A DNA stretch of 39,432 nucleotides, taken from positions 14,447 to 53,878 of the forward strand of contig CAZKCK010000002.1 of assembly GCA_964550695.1 (NCBI GenBank). Reading direction: 5' to 3'. Both the position numbers and the translations under genes were made by a program. Below are positions 8,740 through 19,176 of this stretch, one piece after another (within the stretch, counting starts at the first letter, position 1; every line of letters starts with the position of its first letter). The stretch comes from an uncultured Bacteroidales bacterium. GTDB lineage: Bacteria; Bacteroidota; Bacteroidia; Bacteroidales; TTA-H9. Below the pieces are notes generated by a model. The model had not been told where the DNA came from. It searched no databases and worked only from the letters and a program-made list of their open reading frames with translations.

Positions 8740-9573
8740 TCAATCTTTAAATTCAGCAAGACTATTTTTCCCAATGGCATACACATGCTTTTTTAACTTG
8801 GCTGCCCAGGCGGTATCCGTAAACCGGGTGTCGAAGGTTTTAAATGAAATTGGTTTGCCAAAGGTTAACCTGATAGTTTTATCCTTCTGCCTGAACATTT
8901 CATCTGCCAGAAACAGCATTTCGAGATTCGCTTTGATTCCAAGTCGGGACCTCAGGTTTGCCAGGTTGTAAAAAAAATCTGAGTTCCGGCCTTCTATATA
9001 AACCGGTACAATGTTGCGCTGATAATTACGCGCTTTTACCACCACCGTTTTTTTCCAGTCAAGGTCAATAATCTTCCCTTCTGTTTTGCGTGAACACAGT
9101 CCTGCCGGGAAATATAACACAGATTTATCAGAAGCAAATGTATCATCAAAAGCCTTCACAAGATGCGTATTCCGGCCATGTTTGTTTACCGGCACAAACA
9201 ATTGCTGCAGATTTGGAATATGCATCAGCAGATCGTTCACCGGAAACACAATATCCTTTAGTTTTTTTCCCACCACCAGCATAAAAGCCATGCCATCCAG
9301 GCCACCAAGCGGGTGGTTTGCAACAAAAAGCGTACGACTGCTTTCAATCCAACCGGTATATCCTTCGGTAACAATATTTACCTTCATCTCGCCAAGAACC
9401 GCCTCCAGAAAATCAACACCTTGTTTGTCAGAATAATGACTGACAAAGTAATTCAATTCATCTTCATGCACAATCTTTTTGAGGTAACGAATCAAAAAAC
9501 CCGGCAACCACCTGTAAAGTGTAGGATTTTTTTCCCTGAGGACTCTTCCGGTATCTAGAAAAACCTTGTCCAA
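8740..9573 (-). CDS. PlsC-family O-acyltransferase (GlsA-like)
   Basis: VANHPLGGLDG (HxxxxD block), YFPAGLCSR and VPVYIEGRNS; TTG start. Confidence 0.82.
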   Translation of the reverse strand: MDKVFLDTGRVLREKNPTLYRWLPGFLIRYLKKIVHEDELNYFVSHYSDKQGVDFLEAVLGEMKVNIVTEGYTGWIESSRTLFVANHPLGGLDGMAFMLVVGKKLKDIVFPVNDLLMHIPNLQQLFVPVNKHGRNTHLVKAFDDTFASDKSVLYFPAGLCSRKTEGKIIDLDWKKTVVVKARNYQRNIVPVYIEGRNSDFFYNLANLRSRLGIKANLEMLFLADEMFRQKDKTIRLTFGKPISFKTFDTRFTDTAWAAKLKKHVYAIGKNSLAEFKD

Positions 9574-9631
9574 TGCGCTAATATTCCTTTCTGTTAAATT
9601 ATTCGCTGAAATAAACTGAAAATTTCAGGTA

Positions 9632-9664
9632 CAAATATACAACACGATGCCGAATAATCACAAG
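9632..9664 (-). promoter_or_regulatory. sigmaA promoter for the acyltransferase-engB operon
   Basis: On minus: CTTG (9661-9664), 21 nt, TATATTTG (9632-9639). Confidence 0.55.
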
Positions 9665-9880
9665 ATTCATCATATTTAATTAATTATCAATATTTTATAT
9701 TGAATTTACGAGTCAATCATTCGCCAGAAATATTCATATATTACTGGTCAATATTTAAAAATCAATGGCAGTCCATCCCTACAGTAAAAAAAAATTAAAT
9801 AAATTTATAAACAATTGTTAATCACTTAATTAAATAATAAAAACTGATTGTTAATATCTTTTATGGTGAAAAAAGTTATT

Positions 9881-9922
9881 AACAAAGTGGGGAATTTTGC
9901 AAAAATATTCAACAAAGTGGGG
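9881..9922 (+). promoter_or_regulatory. Direct repeat AACAAAGTGGGG x2 (30-bp period), candidate MraZ operator
   Basis: Exact 12-mers at 9881-9892 and 9911-9922. The GTGG/TGGG core resembles known MraZ boxes and sits directly upstream of mraZ. Confidence 0.6.
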
Positions 9923-9932
9923 GGAATCACAG

Positions 9933-9940
9933 TATATTTG
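9933..9940 (+). promoter_or_regulatory. -7 element (TATATTTG) of the dcw promoter
   Basis: TAnnTTTG match 17 nt upstream of the mraZ ATG. Confidence 0.65.
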
Positions 9941-9957
9941 TCACTCAAAATCAAAAC

Positions 9958-10425
9958 ATGCTGGCATTCATCGGAGTATATGACTGTAAGCTGGATGATA
10001 AAAGCAGAATCCAGCTGCCTGTTGCGCTGAAGAAACAACTTCAGAGCATCATGGACGATGGTTTTGTGCTCCGTAAAAACACTTTTGGCAAATGCCTTGA
10101 ATTGTTCCCGAAATCTGAATTTGAACGTGAACTACGCCGAATCAAGAAACTAAACCGATATAATCCTGAGAACGAAAGATTTATTGATTTTTTTATGAAT
10201 GGATCCAAAAATCTGGAACTTGATGGAACAGGGCGTGTACTGATTCAAAAAGATTTGCTGGCTTATGCTGAACTCAAGAAGGATGTTGTAATTGCCTCGT
10301 CGTTGAACATGTTTAAAATCTGGGATAAAACCAACTATGAGAATTCGATGAATATTACGGCAGAGCAATTTGCTGAACTGGCGCAGAAGGTCATGGCAAA
10401 TGTACCTTACGATAACGAAGATTAA
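9958..10425 (+). CDS. mraZ: Division/cell wall cluster transcriptional repressor MraZ
   Basis: Two SpoVT/AbrB repeats (LDDKSRIQLP; LDGTGRVLI) and IWD; first gene of the dcw cluster. Confidence 0.93.
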   Translation: MLAFIGVYDCKLDDKSRIQLPVALKKQLQSIMDDGFVLRKNTFGKCLELFPKSEFERELRRIKKLNRYNPENERFIDFFMNGSKNLELDGTGRVLIQKDLLAYAELKKDVVIASSLNMFKIWDKTNYENSMNITAEQFAELAQKVMANVPYDNED

Positions 10426-10435
10426 ATCAGGGAAT

Positions 10436-11332
10436 ATGTATCACAAACCGGTAATGCTGAAGGAATGTATTGATGGACTTGCCATTAAGGAAGGCGGCGT
10501 GTATGTTGACCTTACCTTTGGTGGTGGTGGCCATTCAGCGCTTATTCTTGAAAAACTGAAAGCCGGCCGACTTTTTGGGTTTGATCAGGATGAAGATGCT
10601 TTGAAAAATGCTCCCGACGATGACAGGTTTACATTTATTCACAACAATTTCAGATATTTAAAAAACTTTTTACGATTTTACGATGCCATTCCGGTTGATG
10701 GCATTCTGGCTGATCTGGGGGTTTCATCCTTTCAGATTGATCAGGCTGAAAAAGGTTTCAGCACCCGCTTTGATGGCGAGCTTGATATGCGTATGGACAA
10801 ACGTGCCGCATTAACAGCCGCTGACATTGTAAATACCTGGGATGAGGACCGGCTGATTACAATGTTCCGAAATTATGGTGAACTGCAGAACTCAAAAGCC
10901 ATAGCCGCTGCAATCGTGAAGTACCGTTCGGTGGTTTCATTTACAACAACTGCAACGCTTAAGTCGGCCATCATGAAGTATGCGCCGCGTGGTTCAGAAA
11001 ATAAGTTTATGGCACAGGTATTTCAAGCCCTGCGCATCGAAGTAAACGATGAGATGGGTGCACTGGAGCAAATGCTCGCACAAACGCTTGAGGTTCTTGC
11101 GCCGGGAGGCAGACTGGTGGTTATGGCCTATCACTCACTCGAAGACAGGTTGGTGAAGAACCTGATACGGAGTGGCAATACCGAAGGAAATATTCACAAG
11201 GATTTCTACGGGAATATCATCAATAAGGTTACAACCATTACAAAAAAACCTATAACTGCCTCAGAAGCAGAAATTAACGATAACCCAAGAGCCAGAAGCG
11301 CCAAACTCAGAATCGGAGAAATTACAACATGA
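10436..11332 (+). CDS. rsmH: 16S rRNA m4C1402 methyltransferase
   Basis: YHKPVM, DLTFGGGGHS, DLGVSSFQ, LDMRM, FQALRIEVN, YHSLEDR and NPRARSAKLR; start at ATG 10436. Confidence 0.97.
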   Translation: MYHKPVMLKECIDGLAIKEGGVYVDLTFGGGGHSALILEKLKAGRLFGFDQDEDALKNAPDDDRFTFIHNNFRYLKNFLRFYDAIPVDGILADLGVSSFQIDQAEKGFSTRFDGELDMRMDKRAALTAADIVNTWDEDRLITMFRNYGELQNSKAIAAAIVKYRSVVSFTTTATLKSAIMKYAPRGSENKFMAQVFQALRIEVNDEMGALEQMLAQTLEVLAPGGRLVVMAYHSLEDRLVKNLIRSGNTEGNIHKDFYGNIINKVTTITKKPITASEAEINDNPRARSAKLRIGEITT

Positions 11333-11769
11333 GTACCGGAAGCAATCATATCAATAATCCTGTTGGCGAATTTTCAAACACAGGTAAAAAACCAGCCAAA
11401 AAACGCAGGGGTAACTTCGTAAGCAGAATGCTTGACGGAACCTTTGTTGCACAACTGTTTCAGAACAGGTGGTATCCGTTAATGGGCCTTGCAACGCTTC
11501 TGGGGCTGATATATATTGCCAACACCTATTATGCTGTAAGTATATTACGCAAAACCAACAAGGTAAAACGCAATTTAATTGAGCTCAATGATGAATTTAC
11601 CAATTCACAAACAGCTTTGTCAGATAGCACAAAGCAGTCACGGATTGCCAAAAAACTTATACCGGCCGGGATTCATGAATCAGTGGTTCCTCCCGTCAAA
11701 ATAACCATTTCAGCTCAGGATCAGAAACAACAAAACGAACAGCAAGACCATGGAAGAATTCAGAAATGA
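11329..11769 (+). CDS. ftsL: FtsL-like cell division protein (Bacteroidota type)
   Basis: Single TM helix (LIYIANTY), coiled coil and ESVVPP; lies between rsmH and ftsI. Confidence 0.8.
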   Translation: MSTGSNHINNPVGEFSNTGKKPAKKRRGNFVSRMLDGTFVAQLFQNRWYPLMGLATLLGLIYIANTYYAVSILRKTNKVKRNLIELNDEFTNSQTALSDSTKQSRIAKKLIPAGIHESVVPPVKITISAQDQKQQNEQQDHGRIQK

Positions 11770-13879
11770 TATCGTATGGCGATTGTGGCTGATTTACTGG
11801 CTCCTGTTTTTGGCCGGCATGGTTGTATTGGGCCAGGTAATATACATTCAATTTGTAAAAGGTGACGAATACCGCAAACTGGCTGAAGATAAAACAATCA
11901 GAACCAGCGAAGTTGCTGCAATAAGAGGAAATATACTCGCCATTGACGGTAGCCTGCTTGCAACCACAGTTCCTATTTTTGACATCAGATTGGATGTGGC
12001 ATCAAAAAATTTTACGGATAAAGAATTCTATAAAAAAGTTGATTCTATTGCGCTTGGATTATCAAAAATATTCAACGACAAAAACAAAAACACATACAAG
12101 AAGTTGCTCATAGCAGGGCGTAAAAATGAAAACCATTATCTTTTCATTCAGAAGGGAGTTAATTTTGCTGAGCTAAAACAGGTACAGAAACTCCCCATTC
12201 TGCGGCGTGGGAAATTCAAAGGCGGCCTGATTACCGAGCAGCAGAATATCCGCAAGATGCCTTACGGTCTGCTTGCCCGCAGGACCATTGGCTATGAAAA
12301 CAGCACCCTGAAATTGTATGTTGGTCTTGAAGGTGCTTACAATGAAGATTTATCAGGCACTTCGGGAAAAGTTATAGAGCAAAAAATTGCAGGAGGCGAA
12401 TGGATACCCGTGATGAATTCGGAACGGGTTGAACCGCACAACGGGAAAGATATCGTAACCACGATTGATAAAAACCTTCAGGATGTAGCTGAAACAGCAC
12501 TTTTGCATCATTTGGAAGAACAGGGTGCCTATCAGGGATGCGCTATCCTGATGGAAGTCAAAACCGGCGAAATCAGAGCCATTGCCAACCTCCGGAAAAA
12601 CAAGGCAGGCAAGTATGATGAAATATACAATTATGCACTTGCCGAGAGCATTGAACCGGGCTCAACCTTCAAACTGGCTTCACTTCTTGCTATCCTTGAG
12701 GAAGGCGGGGCTGACCTGAACGATGTGGTTCCTTACAGCGGCAGTGTTAAATTTGCCAACCGCACAATGCGCGACTCACACACCTTGCCACTGACCCACA
12801 TTTCGTTACGTCAGGCAATGGAACAATCATCAAATGTAGGTATATCACTCTTTACTACCCGGTGTTTTGGCCATAACCCCCAGAAATATGTCGACAGGTT
12901 GTATAACCTTTCAATCAACCTGCCATTGGGAATTGAACTTGCAGGAGAAAATCCTCCATTTATCAAAGATACGAAGCACAGAAACTGGTCAAAAACTTCG
13001 CTCCCGTGGATGTCGATAGGATATGAATTAAAACTCACACCTCTTCAGACACTTACACTTTACAATGCGGTGGCTAACAATGGTATTATGGTAAAGCCCA
13101 TGTTTGTAAAAGAAATCCGTTATGCCGGCAAATCAGAAAAAATTTGTGAACCTACAATTATCAATAAGGCAATTTGTTCAGCCAAAACAATTGCCAAGGC
13201 CCAACAGGTACTAAAAAGTATCGTAACGAATGGCACAGCCAAAGATCCTTTTAAAAACACCCCATACACAGTAGCCGGAAAAACCGGAACCGCATTAATT
13301 GCCAATAAAGGTTCATACGTTAATAAAATTTACAACGCCTCTTTTGTGGGATACTTTCCGGCTGATAATCCGAAATACTCCTGTATTGTGATTGTTAACA
13401 ACCCATCAGAGGGCAAAATATACGGTGGTGTGGTTGCTGCTCCTGTTTTCAGAGAAATTGCCGACAGGGTTTTTGCGACCAATGTCACCGTAAATGATAC
13501 AACTGAATTATACACCCGTGCAATGCCATTGGCCGATTCAACAGGCGATTCCCTGCCCCCGCTCAGTACCGGCCACAGTGCCGACATGGTAAAAGTAGCC
13601 CGCATGCTGAATCTTAATATCACCAATACCACGGTTACATCTGAATGGTCAGTTTGTACTGCCTCTGCTGGTCATCTGATACTTGTACCTAAAAGATTAG
13701 GTAAAAATTATTTACCGGATGTAAGTGGAATGACTGCACGAGATGCTGTGTATTTACTTGAATCATATGGACTTAGAGTAAAAATTATCGGAAAGGGAAA
13801 AGTTATTTCTCAATCACTCATGGCTGGCAGTAAAGCGGTTAAGGGCAATGAAATTACCATCACACTAACAAATTCATGA
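11750..13879 (+). CDS. ftsI: Class B penicillin-binding protein FtsI with C-terminal PASTA domain
   Basis: RGNIL, GLEG, EPGSTFK (SxxK), SSN and KTGTA; PASTA-like LPDVSGMTARDA. Confidence 0.94.
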   Translation: MEEFRNDIVWRLWLIYWLLFLAGMVVLGQVIYIQFVKGDEYRKLAEDKTIRTSEVAAIRGNILAIDGSLLATTVPIFDIRLDVASKNFTDKEFYKKVDSIALGLSKIFNDKNKNTYKKLLIAGRKNENHYLFIQKGVNFAELKQVQKLPILRRGKFKGGLITEQQNIRKMPYGLLARRTIGYENSTLKLYVGLEGAYNEDLSGTSGKVIEQKIAGGEWIPVMNSERVEPHNGKDIVTTIDKNLQDVAETALLHHLEEQGAYQGCAILMEVKTGEIRAIANLRKNKAGKYDEIYNYALAESIEPGSTFKLASLLAILEEGGADLNDVVPYSGSVKFANRTMRDSHTLPLTHISLRQAMEQSSNVGISLFTTRCFGHNPQKYVDRLYNLSINLPLGIELAGENPPFIKDTKHRNWSKTSLPWMSIGYELKLTPLQTLTLYNAVANNGIMVKPMFVKEIRYAGKSEKICEPTIINKAICSAKTIAKAQQVLKSIVTNGTAKDPFKNTPYTVAGKTGTALIANKGSYVNKIYNASFVGYFPADNPKYSCIVIVNNPSEGKIYGGVVAAPVFREIADRVFATNVTVNDTTELYTRAMPLADSTGDSLPPLSTGHSADMVKVARMLNLNITNTTVTSEWSVCTASAGHLILVPKRLGKNYLPDVSGMTARDAVYLLESYGLRVKIIGKGKVISQSLMAGSKAVKGNEITITLTNS

Positions 13880-13883
13880 GCCT

Positions 13884-15344
13884 GTGAAAACACTGTCAGA
13901 AATATTAAAGAATACTGAGGTTATCAATATAACCGGAGATCAGGGTATTTCAATAGACCGGTTGTCATTTGATTCAAGGCAGATTGCTCCCGGAACGCTG
14001 TTTTTTGCAGTAAAAGGAACAAAAACTGACGGACATAACTATCTGGCAGATGTGGCGAAAGCCGGGGTATCCGCCATCGTATGCGAAGAACTTCCTGAAA
14101 CAACCCATGAAAAAGTTGCTTATATTCTCGTAAAAAACAGCAGCGTGGCCCTTGGTTATATTGCTTCGGCATTTTACGGGAACCCTTCAGAACATCTTAA
14201 ATTAGTGGGAGTTACCGGAACAAATGGCAAAACAACGATAGCCACCCTGTTGTATAAATTGTTTAAGGGTCTCGGTTACAAGACAGGATTATTATCAACT
14301 GTAATCAATAAAATTGATGATGTTACGGTAGATGCAACACATACAACTCCCGATGCAATAGCGCTTAATGCATTGTTACAACAAATGCTTGAGGCCGGAT
14401 GCGATTATGTTTTTATGGAGGTCAGTTCACATGCCGTGGTGCAGAACCGCATTACCGGGCTACAGTTTGCCGGGGGTATTTTTACGAACCTCACGCACGA
14501 TCATCTCGATTTTCATGGGACTTTTATAAATTATGTATACGCTAAAAAAGCCTTTTTTGATCAATTACCATCTAATTCATTTGCCTTAACCAATGCTGAT
14601 GATAAGAACGGAATGGTGATGCTTCAAAACACATTGGCGTCAAAGCACACCTATGCACTGAATACGATTGCCGACTTTCACTGCCATATCATTGAAAATC
14701 ATTTTGATGGCCTTTTACTTAAACTGAATACCATCGAATCGTGGTTCAGGTTGGTTGGTAATTTTAATGCGTACAACCTGACGGCAATATATGGAACTGC
14801 CATTTTACTCGGGCAGGAATCCGAAAAAATATTGTTGGTTCTAAGTAACTTAACAGCAGTTGACGGAAGGTTTGATTACCTCAGGAGCCAGTGTGGCATA
14901 GTTGGTATTGTTGATTATGCACATACACCTGATGCGGTTGAAAATGTAATTGATACCATTAACAGCCTGAAAACCGGCAACAGCAGGTTAATTACGGTTG
15001 TTGGTGCAGGTGGTGACCGTGACAGGACCAAACGCCCTGTGATGGCCATGATTGCCAGCCGCAAAAGCGAACTTGTCATCCTGACTTCTGATAACCCCCG
15101 AACAGAAAACCCGGAAACCATTCTTTCGGAAATGCAGCAAGGTGTGGAAAAGGCAAATACCCATAAAGTGCTGACGATTCTAAACCGGCGTGAAGCCATC
15201 CGCACTGCCTGTAAACTGGCCCAACCCGGTGATATCATATTGATTGCAGGAAAAGGACATGAAAAATATCAGGAAATCAATGGAATACGACATCCTTTTG
15301 ACGATAAACAGGAACTGATTGAAGCTTTAAACATTCAGAAATAA
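13884..15344 (+). CDS. murE: UDP-MurNAc-tripeptide synthetase (meso-DAP type)
   Basis: GVTGTNGKTT, HTTPD, MEVSSH, HDHLDFH, DYAHTPDA, DNPR (DAP-specific motif) and AGKGHE; GTG start. Confidence 0.97.
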   Translation: MKTLSEILKNTEVINITGDQGISIDRLSFDSRQIAPGTLFFAVKGTKTDGHNYLADVAKAGVSAIVCEELPETTHEKVAYILVKNSSVALGYIASAFYGNPSEHLKLVGVTGTNGKTTIATLLYKLFKGLGYKTGLLSTVINKIDDVTVDATHTTPDAIALNALLQQMLEAGCDYVFMEVSSHAVVQNRITGLQFAGGIFTNLTHDHLDFHGTFINYVYAKKAFFDQLPSNSFALTNADDKNGMVMLQNTLASKHTYALNTIADFHCHIIENHFDGLLLKLNTIESWFRLVGNFNAYNLTAIYGTAILLGQESEKILLVLSNLTAVDGRFDYLRSQCGIVGIVDYAHTPDAVENVIDTINSLKTGNSRLITVVGAGGDRDRTKRPVMAMIASRKSELVILTSDNPRTENPETILSEMQQGVEKANTHKVLTILNRREAIRTACKLAQPGDIILIAGKGHEKYQEINGIRHPFDDKQELIEALNIQK

Positions 15345-15350
15345 CGACAT

Positions 15351-16604
15351 ATGCTGTACTATCTATTCACATATCTCGACCGCTTAATTGACCTGCCAGG
15401 TGCAGGGCTTTTTCAGTTTCTGTCATTCAGGGCGGCTGCGGCAGTAATTACTTCGCTTACCATTACCCTTATTTTTGGCAAAAACCTTATCCGTTATCTG
15501 AAAAGAAAACAAATAGGCGAAAGCATCCGTGATTTGGGACTTGACGGCCAACTGGCAAAGCAAGGAACGCCTACCATGGGAGGACTCATTATCCTTGCCG
15601 GCATCCTCATTCCCACCATTCTTTTTGCAAAACTTGAGAATATATATATCATTTTGATGATTTTTACGACTATCTGGTTGGGTTTCATTGGGTTTCTTGA
15701 TGATTACATAAAAGTATTTAAAAAGAACAAGGAAGGTTTAAGAGGTCGTACAAAATTGTTGGGGCAGGTGAGTCTGGGATTAATTGTAGGGCTGACATTG
15801 TATTTTAGCCCCGAGGTGGTTGTAAAAGAAAAATCCACTGTACATTCATACCTGCAACGTAATAACGTTCTAAAGGCCAATGTGTACGAGCATGCCCGCG
15901 AAAAATTCACCAGCGAATCGGTAAAATCTACCAAAACGACTATTCCTTTCTTTAAAAACAATGAATTTGATTATGCTTTTTTGATAAAATGGACTGGTAA
16001 AAATGCTGAAAAATACGCATGGTTAATATTTATACCTATTGTAATTCTGATTATTACAGCAGTTTCAAACGGAGTTAATCTTACGGATGGTATTGATGGG
16101 CTTGCGACAGGAACTTCTGCCATAGCAGCTGCAACACTTGGTATTCTGGCCTGGGTTTCAGGAAATATCATATTTGCTGACTACCTGAATATCATGTATA
16201 TACCAAACACCGGCGAACTTACAATTTTTATCAGTGCATTGATTGGTGCTGCTATCGGGTTTCTGTGGTACAATACTTATCCGGCTCAGGTTTTTATGGG
16301 TGATACCGGCAGTCTGGCATTGGGTGGAATAATCGCTGTTATTGCAATCATCATCAGAAAAGAGTTGCTTATTCCTTTGTTCTGTGGCATTTTTCTGGCC
16401 GAGAACCTATCAGTGGTCATGCAGGTAAGCTATTTTAAATACACCAAAAAGAAATATGGAGAAGGCCGTCGTATCCTGAAAATGTCGCCATTGCATCATC
16501 ATTACCAGAAACTTGGCTATCACGAAAGCAAAATCGTTCAGCGTTTTATAATAGTTGCTATTATGCTCTCGGTAATTACCATCATAACATTAAAACTCAG
16601 GTAA
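15351..16604 (+). CDS. mraY: Phospho-N-acetylmuramoyl-pentapeptide transferase
   Basis: [33 protein letters not shown] and PLHHHY. Confidence 0.97.
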   Translation: MLYYLFTYLDRLIDLPGAGLFQFLSFRAAAAVITSLTITLIFGKNLIRYLKRKQIGESIRDLGLDGQLAKQGTPTMGGLIILAGILIPTILFAKLENIYIILMIFTTIWLGFIGFLDDYIKVFKKNKEGLRGRTKLLGQVSLGLIVGLTLYFSPEVVVKEKSTVHSYLQRNNVLKANVYEHAREKFTSESVKSTKTTIPFFKNNEFDYAFLIKWTGKNAEKYAWLIFIPIVILIITAVSNGVNLTDGIDGLATGTSAIAAATLGILAWVSGNIIFADYLNIMYIPNTGELTIFISALIGAAIGFLWYNTYPAQVFMGDTGSLALGGIIAVIAIIIRKELLIPLFCGIFLAENLSVVMQVSYFKYTKKKYGEGRRILKMSPLHHHYQKLGYHESKIVQRFIIVAIMLSVITIITLKLR

Positions 16605-16606
16605 TT

Positions 16607-17950
16607 ATGAAAGAAACTCTGATAGTTATTCTCGGAAGTGGTGAAAGTGGTACGGGTGCAGCAGTTCTTGCACAGGCCAGAGGCTTCCGTGTATTTGTAT
16701 CAGATCTGGGCGAAATAAAAGACGAATACAAACAAATACTTACCAGCAAACACATTGATTTTGAAGAAGGTAAACATTCAGTTGAAATAATTTTAACCGC
16801 TGCAGAAATAATAAAAAGCCCCGGAATTCCTGACAATGCTCCTGTTGTGTTAGCTGCAACCAAAGCAGGAATCATCGTTATTTCTGAAATTGAATTTGCA
16901 GCCCGCTACACGCGTGGGAAACTGATCATGATATCAGGCAGCAATGGCAAGACTACCACAACCTTGCTTACCTGGCATTTACTCAAAAAAGGAGGAATAG
17001 ATGCGGGCCTTGGCGGAAACATGGGCAAAAGTTTTGCTATGCAGCTCTGCGAAGAAGATCATGATTGCTGGGTATTGGAAATCAGCAGCTTTCAGCTTGA
17101 TGGGATGTTTAAAACCAAAGCCCATGTTGCAATACTTACAAATATAACACCTGATCACATGGATCGCTACGACCATGTTTTCCAAAACTATGTCAACTCC
17201 AAAATGCGCATCATACAAAATCAGGGACCCGAAGATTATTTCATTTACTGGGGCAATGATGCAATTATCAAAAATGAACTGATGAGCCGCAAGCCTGCTG
17301 CAAAATGCATTGCTTATGGTGAAATGCCACAGCCTGATGCTGACGGCGCATGGATAGCTAACCAACAAATTTACATAAAATTAAACCAAGAAACGATGAG
17401 CATGCAATTAGAAGAACTGGCTCTGCAAGGACGGCATAATATTTACAACTCTATGGCTTCAGCCATCTCTGCGCGGGTGTTTGAGGTCAGAAAACAGAAA
17501 ATCAAAGAAGGGCTGGCAGATTTTCAGAATGCCGAGCATCGTCTTGAATTTGTGGCCAATGTGCATGGCATTGAATTTATAAACGATTCAAAAGCCACAA
17601 ACATTAATTCAACATGGTATGCGCTTGAAACCATCACAAAGCCTATAATTCTGATTGCTGGTGGTAAAGACAAAGGCAACGATTACGAAACGCTGCGCCC
17701 GTTGGTGAGGCAAAAAGTAAAAATGCTTATCTGTCTGGGTATTGACAATACCAAAATCAGAAATTCATTTGTTGATCTGGTTGAAACAGTCTTCGAAACC
17801 CGGTCAATTGAAGAAGCTGTAAAAGTTGCCTACCGGTGCGGACAAAAAGGGGATGTAGTTTTATTATCGCCCACCTGTGCAAGTTTTGATTTGTTTGCCA
17901 ATTACGAAGAACGTGGTTTATTATTTAAAAAAGCTGTAAAACGTTTATAA
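16607..17950 (+). CDS. murD: UDP-MurNAc-L-Ala--D-glutamate ligase
   Basis: GSGESG, KSPGIP, GSNGKTTT, EISSFQL, PDHMDRY, NDSKATN and SPTCASFD. Confidence 0.97.
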   Translation: MKETLIVILGSGESGTGAAVLAQARGFRVFVSDLGEIKDEYKQILTSKHIDFEEGKHSVEIILTAAEIIKSPGIPDNAPVVLAATKAGIIVISEIEFAARYTRGKLIMISGSNGKTTTTLLTWHLLKKGGIDAGLGGNMGKSFAMQLCEEDHDCWVLEISSFQLDGMFKTKAHVAILTNITPDHMDRYDHVFQNYVNSKMRIIQNQGPEDYFIYWGNDAIIKNELMSRKPAAKCIAYGEMPQPDADGAWIANQQIYIKLNQETMSMQLEELALQGRHNIYNSMASAISARVFEVRKQKIKEGLADFQNAEHRLEFVANVHGIEFINDSKATNINSTWYALETITKPIILIAGGKDKGNDYETLRPLVRQKVKMLICLGIDNTKIRNSFVDLVETVFETRSIEEAVKVAYRCGQKGDVVLLSPTCASFDLFANYEERGLLFKKAVKRL

Positions 17951-17958
17951 AAGAACCT

Positions 17959-19176
17959 GTGGAAAATCTGAAAAACATACGTGGTGATAAGGCTGTCTGG
18001 GCAGTTGCAGTGCTTTTGTCAATTTATTCCATCCTCGGGGTTTATAGTGCCACAGGTTCATTGGCGTATGGCAAGGCGGGCAACAATGCCGAGTTTTACA
18101 TGCTCAAACAAGGCATTATTCTTTTGCTGGGTTTTGGTTTGATGTATGTTACACAACTCATTCCCTACCGGAAATTCTCAAAAGCATCATTTCTGGGGAT
18201 TATTATTGCGCTTCCGCTTCTGATCTACACGTTTATTGAAGGCGCCAATGTAAACAGTGCACGCCGCTGGATTGAGATTCCATTTACAAATCTCACATTC
18301 CAGAGTTCTGACGTTGCTAAAATAGTGTTAATAACCTTTTTGGCATATTTGCTTCAAAAAAAACTGCCACAACGGTTGAACTTTAAAGTTGGCTTTCTCC
18401 CACTGCTCATACCTGTTGGAGTAACCTGCCTGCTCATTCTGCCGTCAAACTTTTCAACTGCCTTTATTATATTTGTTGTTTGCCTTGTAATGATGTTCGT
18501 CGGTAAGGTGAGGCTCAGGTATCTGGCATTGCTTATCGCAACCGGTATTCTTTTCTTCGGGCTTGTAATACTGATAGGCGTAAAATTTCCGAAAACCATT
18601 CCCCGTGCAGCAACATGGGCTAACCGGCTTTCGAGTTGGGTAAGTACTGAAACAATAAGTGAGAAAGTAAATTCTGACGATCACCTGCAGTCAGAGCAAG
18701 CCAAAATTGCCATTGCAACCGGAGGAATTACCGGAAAACTTCCGGGTAAAAGCACCCAGCGAAACTTTCTGCCAAGTGCATTTTCTGATTTCATTTTTGC
18801 AATTATTATTGAAGAATATGGATTGATTCTGGGCGGTATTTTGCTGATACTCCTATACATCATACTACTATTCAGGGGAATACGCATCGCATTGAAAAGT
18901 GATACACCCTTTGGAGCCATACTCGCGGCCGGAATAACGTTCAGCCTGGTTTTCCAGGCAATGGTAAATATGATTGTAGCAGTAGGTATTGGACCGGTAA
19001 CCGGGCAAACCCTTCCAATGATCAGCATGGGTGGAACATCAATCTGGTTTACATGTATATCATTGGGTATGTTGCAGAGCATTGCGCGAGGTGCTGCCCA
19101 AATACCCTTGCCAGAAACTGATCCACAGGTTATTGAAGAAACTGATGAACAATATCAGGAAGGAGTTTTGGCATGA
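17959..19176 (+). CDS. ftsW: SEDS peptidoglycan polymerase FtsW
   Basis: ARRWI, FQSSD, SDFIFAIIIEEYG and GQTLPMISMGGTS; multi-TM; GTG start. Confidence 0.95.
   Translation: MENLKNIRGDKAVWAVAVLLSIYSILGVYSATGSLAYGKAGNNAEFYMLKQGIILLLGFGLMYVTQLIPYRKFSKASFLGIIIALPLLIYTFIEGANVNSARRWIEIPFTNLTFQSSDVAKIVLITFLAYLLQKKLPQRLNFKVGFLPLLIPVGVTCLLILPSNFSTAFIIFVVCLVMMFVGKVRLRYLALLIATGILFFGLVILIGVKFPKTIPRAATWANRLSSWVSTETISEKVNSDDHLQSEQAKIAIATGGITGKLPGKSTQRNFLPSAFSDFIFAIIIEEYGLILGGILLILLYIILLFRGIRIALKSDTPFGAILAAGITFSLVFQAMVNMIVAVGIGPVTGQTLPMISMGGTSIWFTCISLGMLQSIARGAAQIPLPETDPQVIEETDEQYQEGVLA

Noticed and set aside
9826-10038. Small ORFs across the mraZ promoter (both strands)
   Set aside because: They cover AT-rich regulatory DNA and overlap mraZ; no protein-like features.
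10370-10435. N-terminal extension of RsmH
   Set aside because: Overlaps the mraZ 3' end; MYHKPV at 10436 is the family start.
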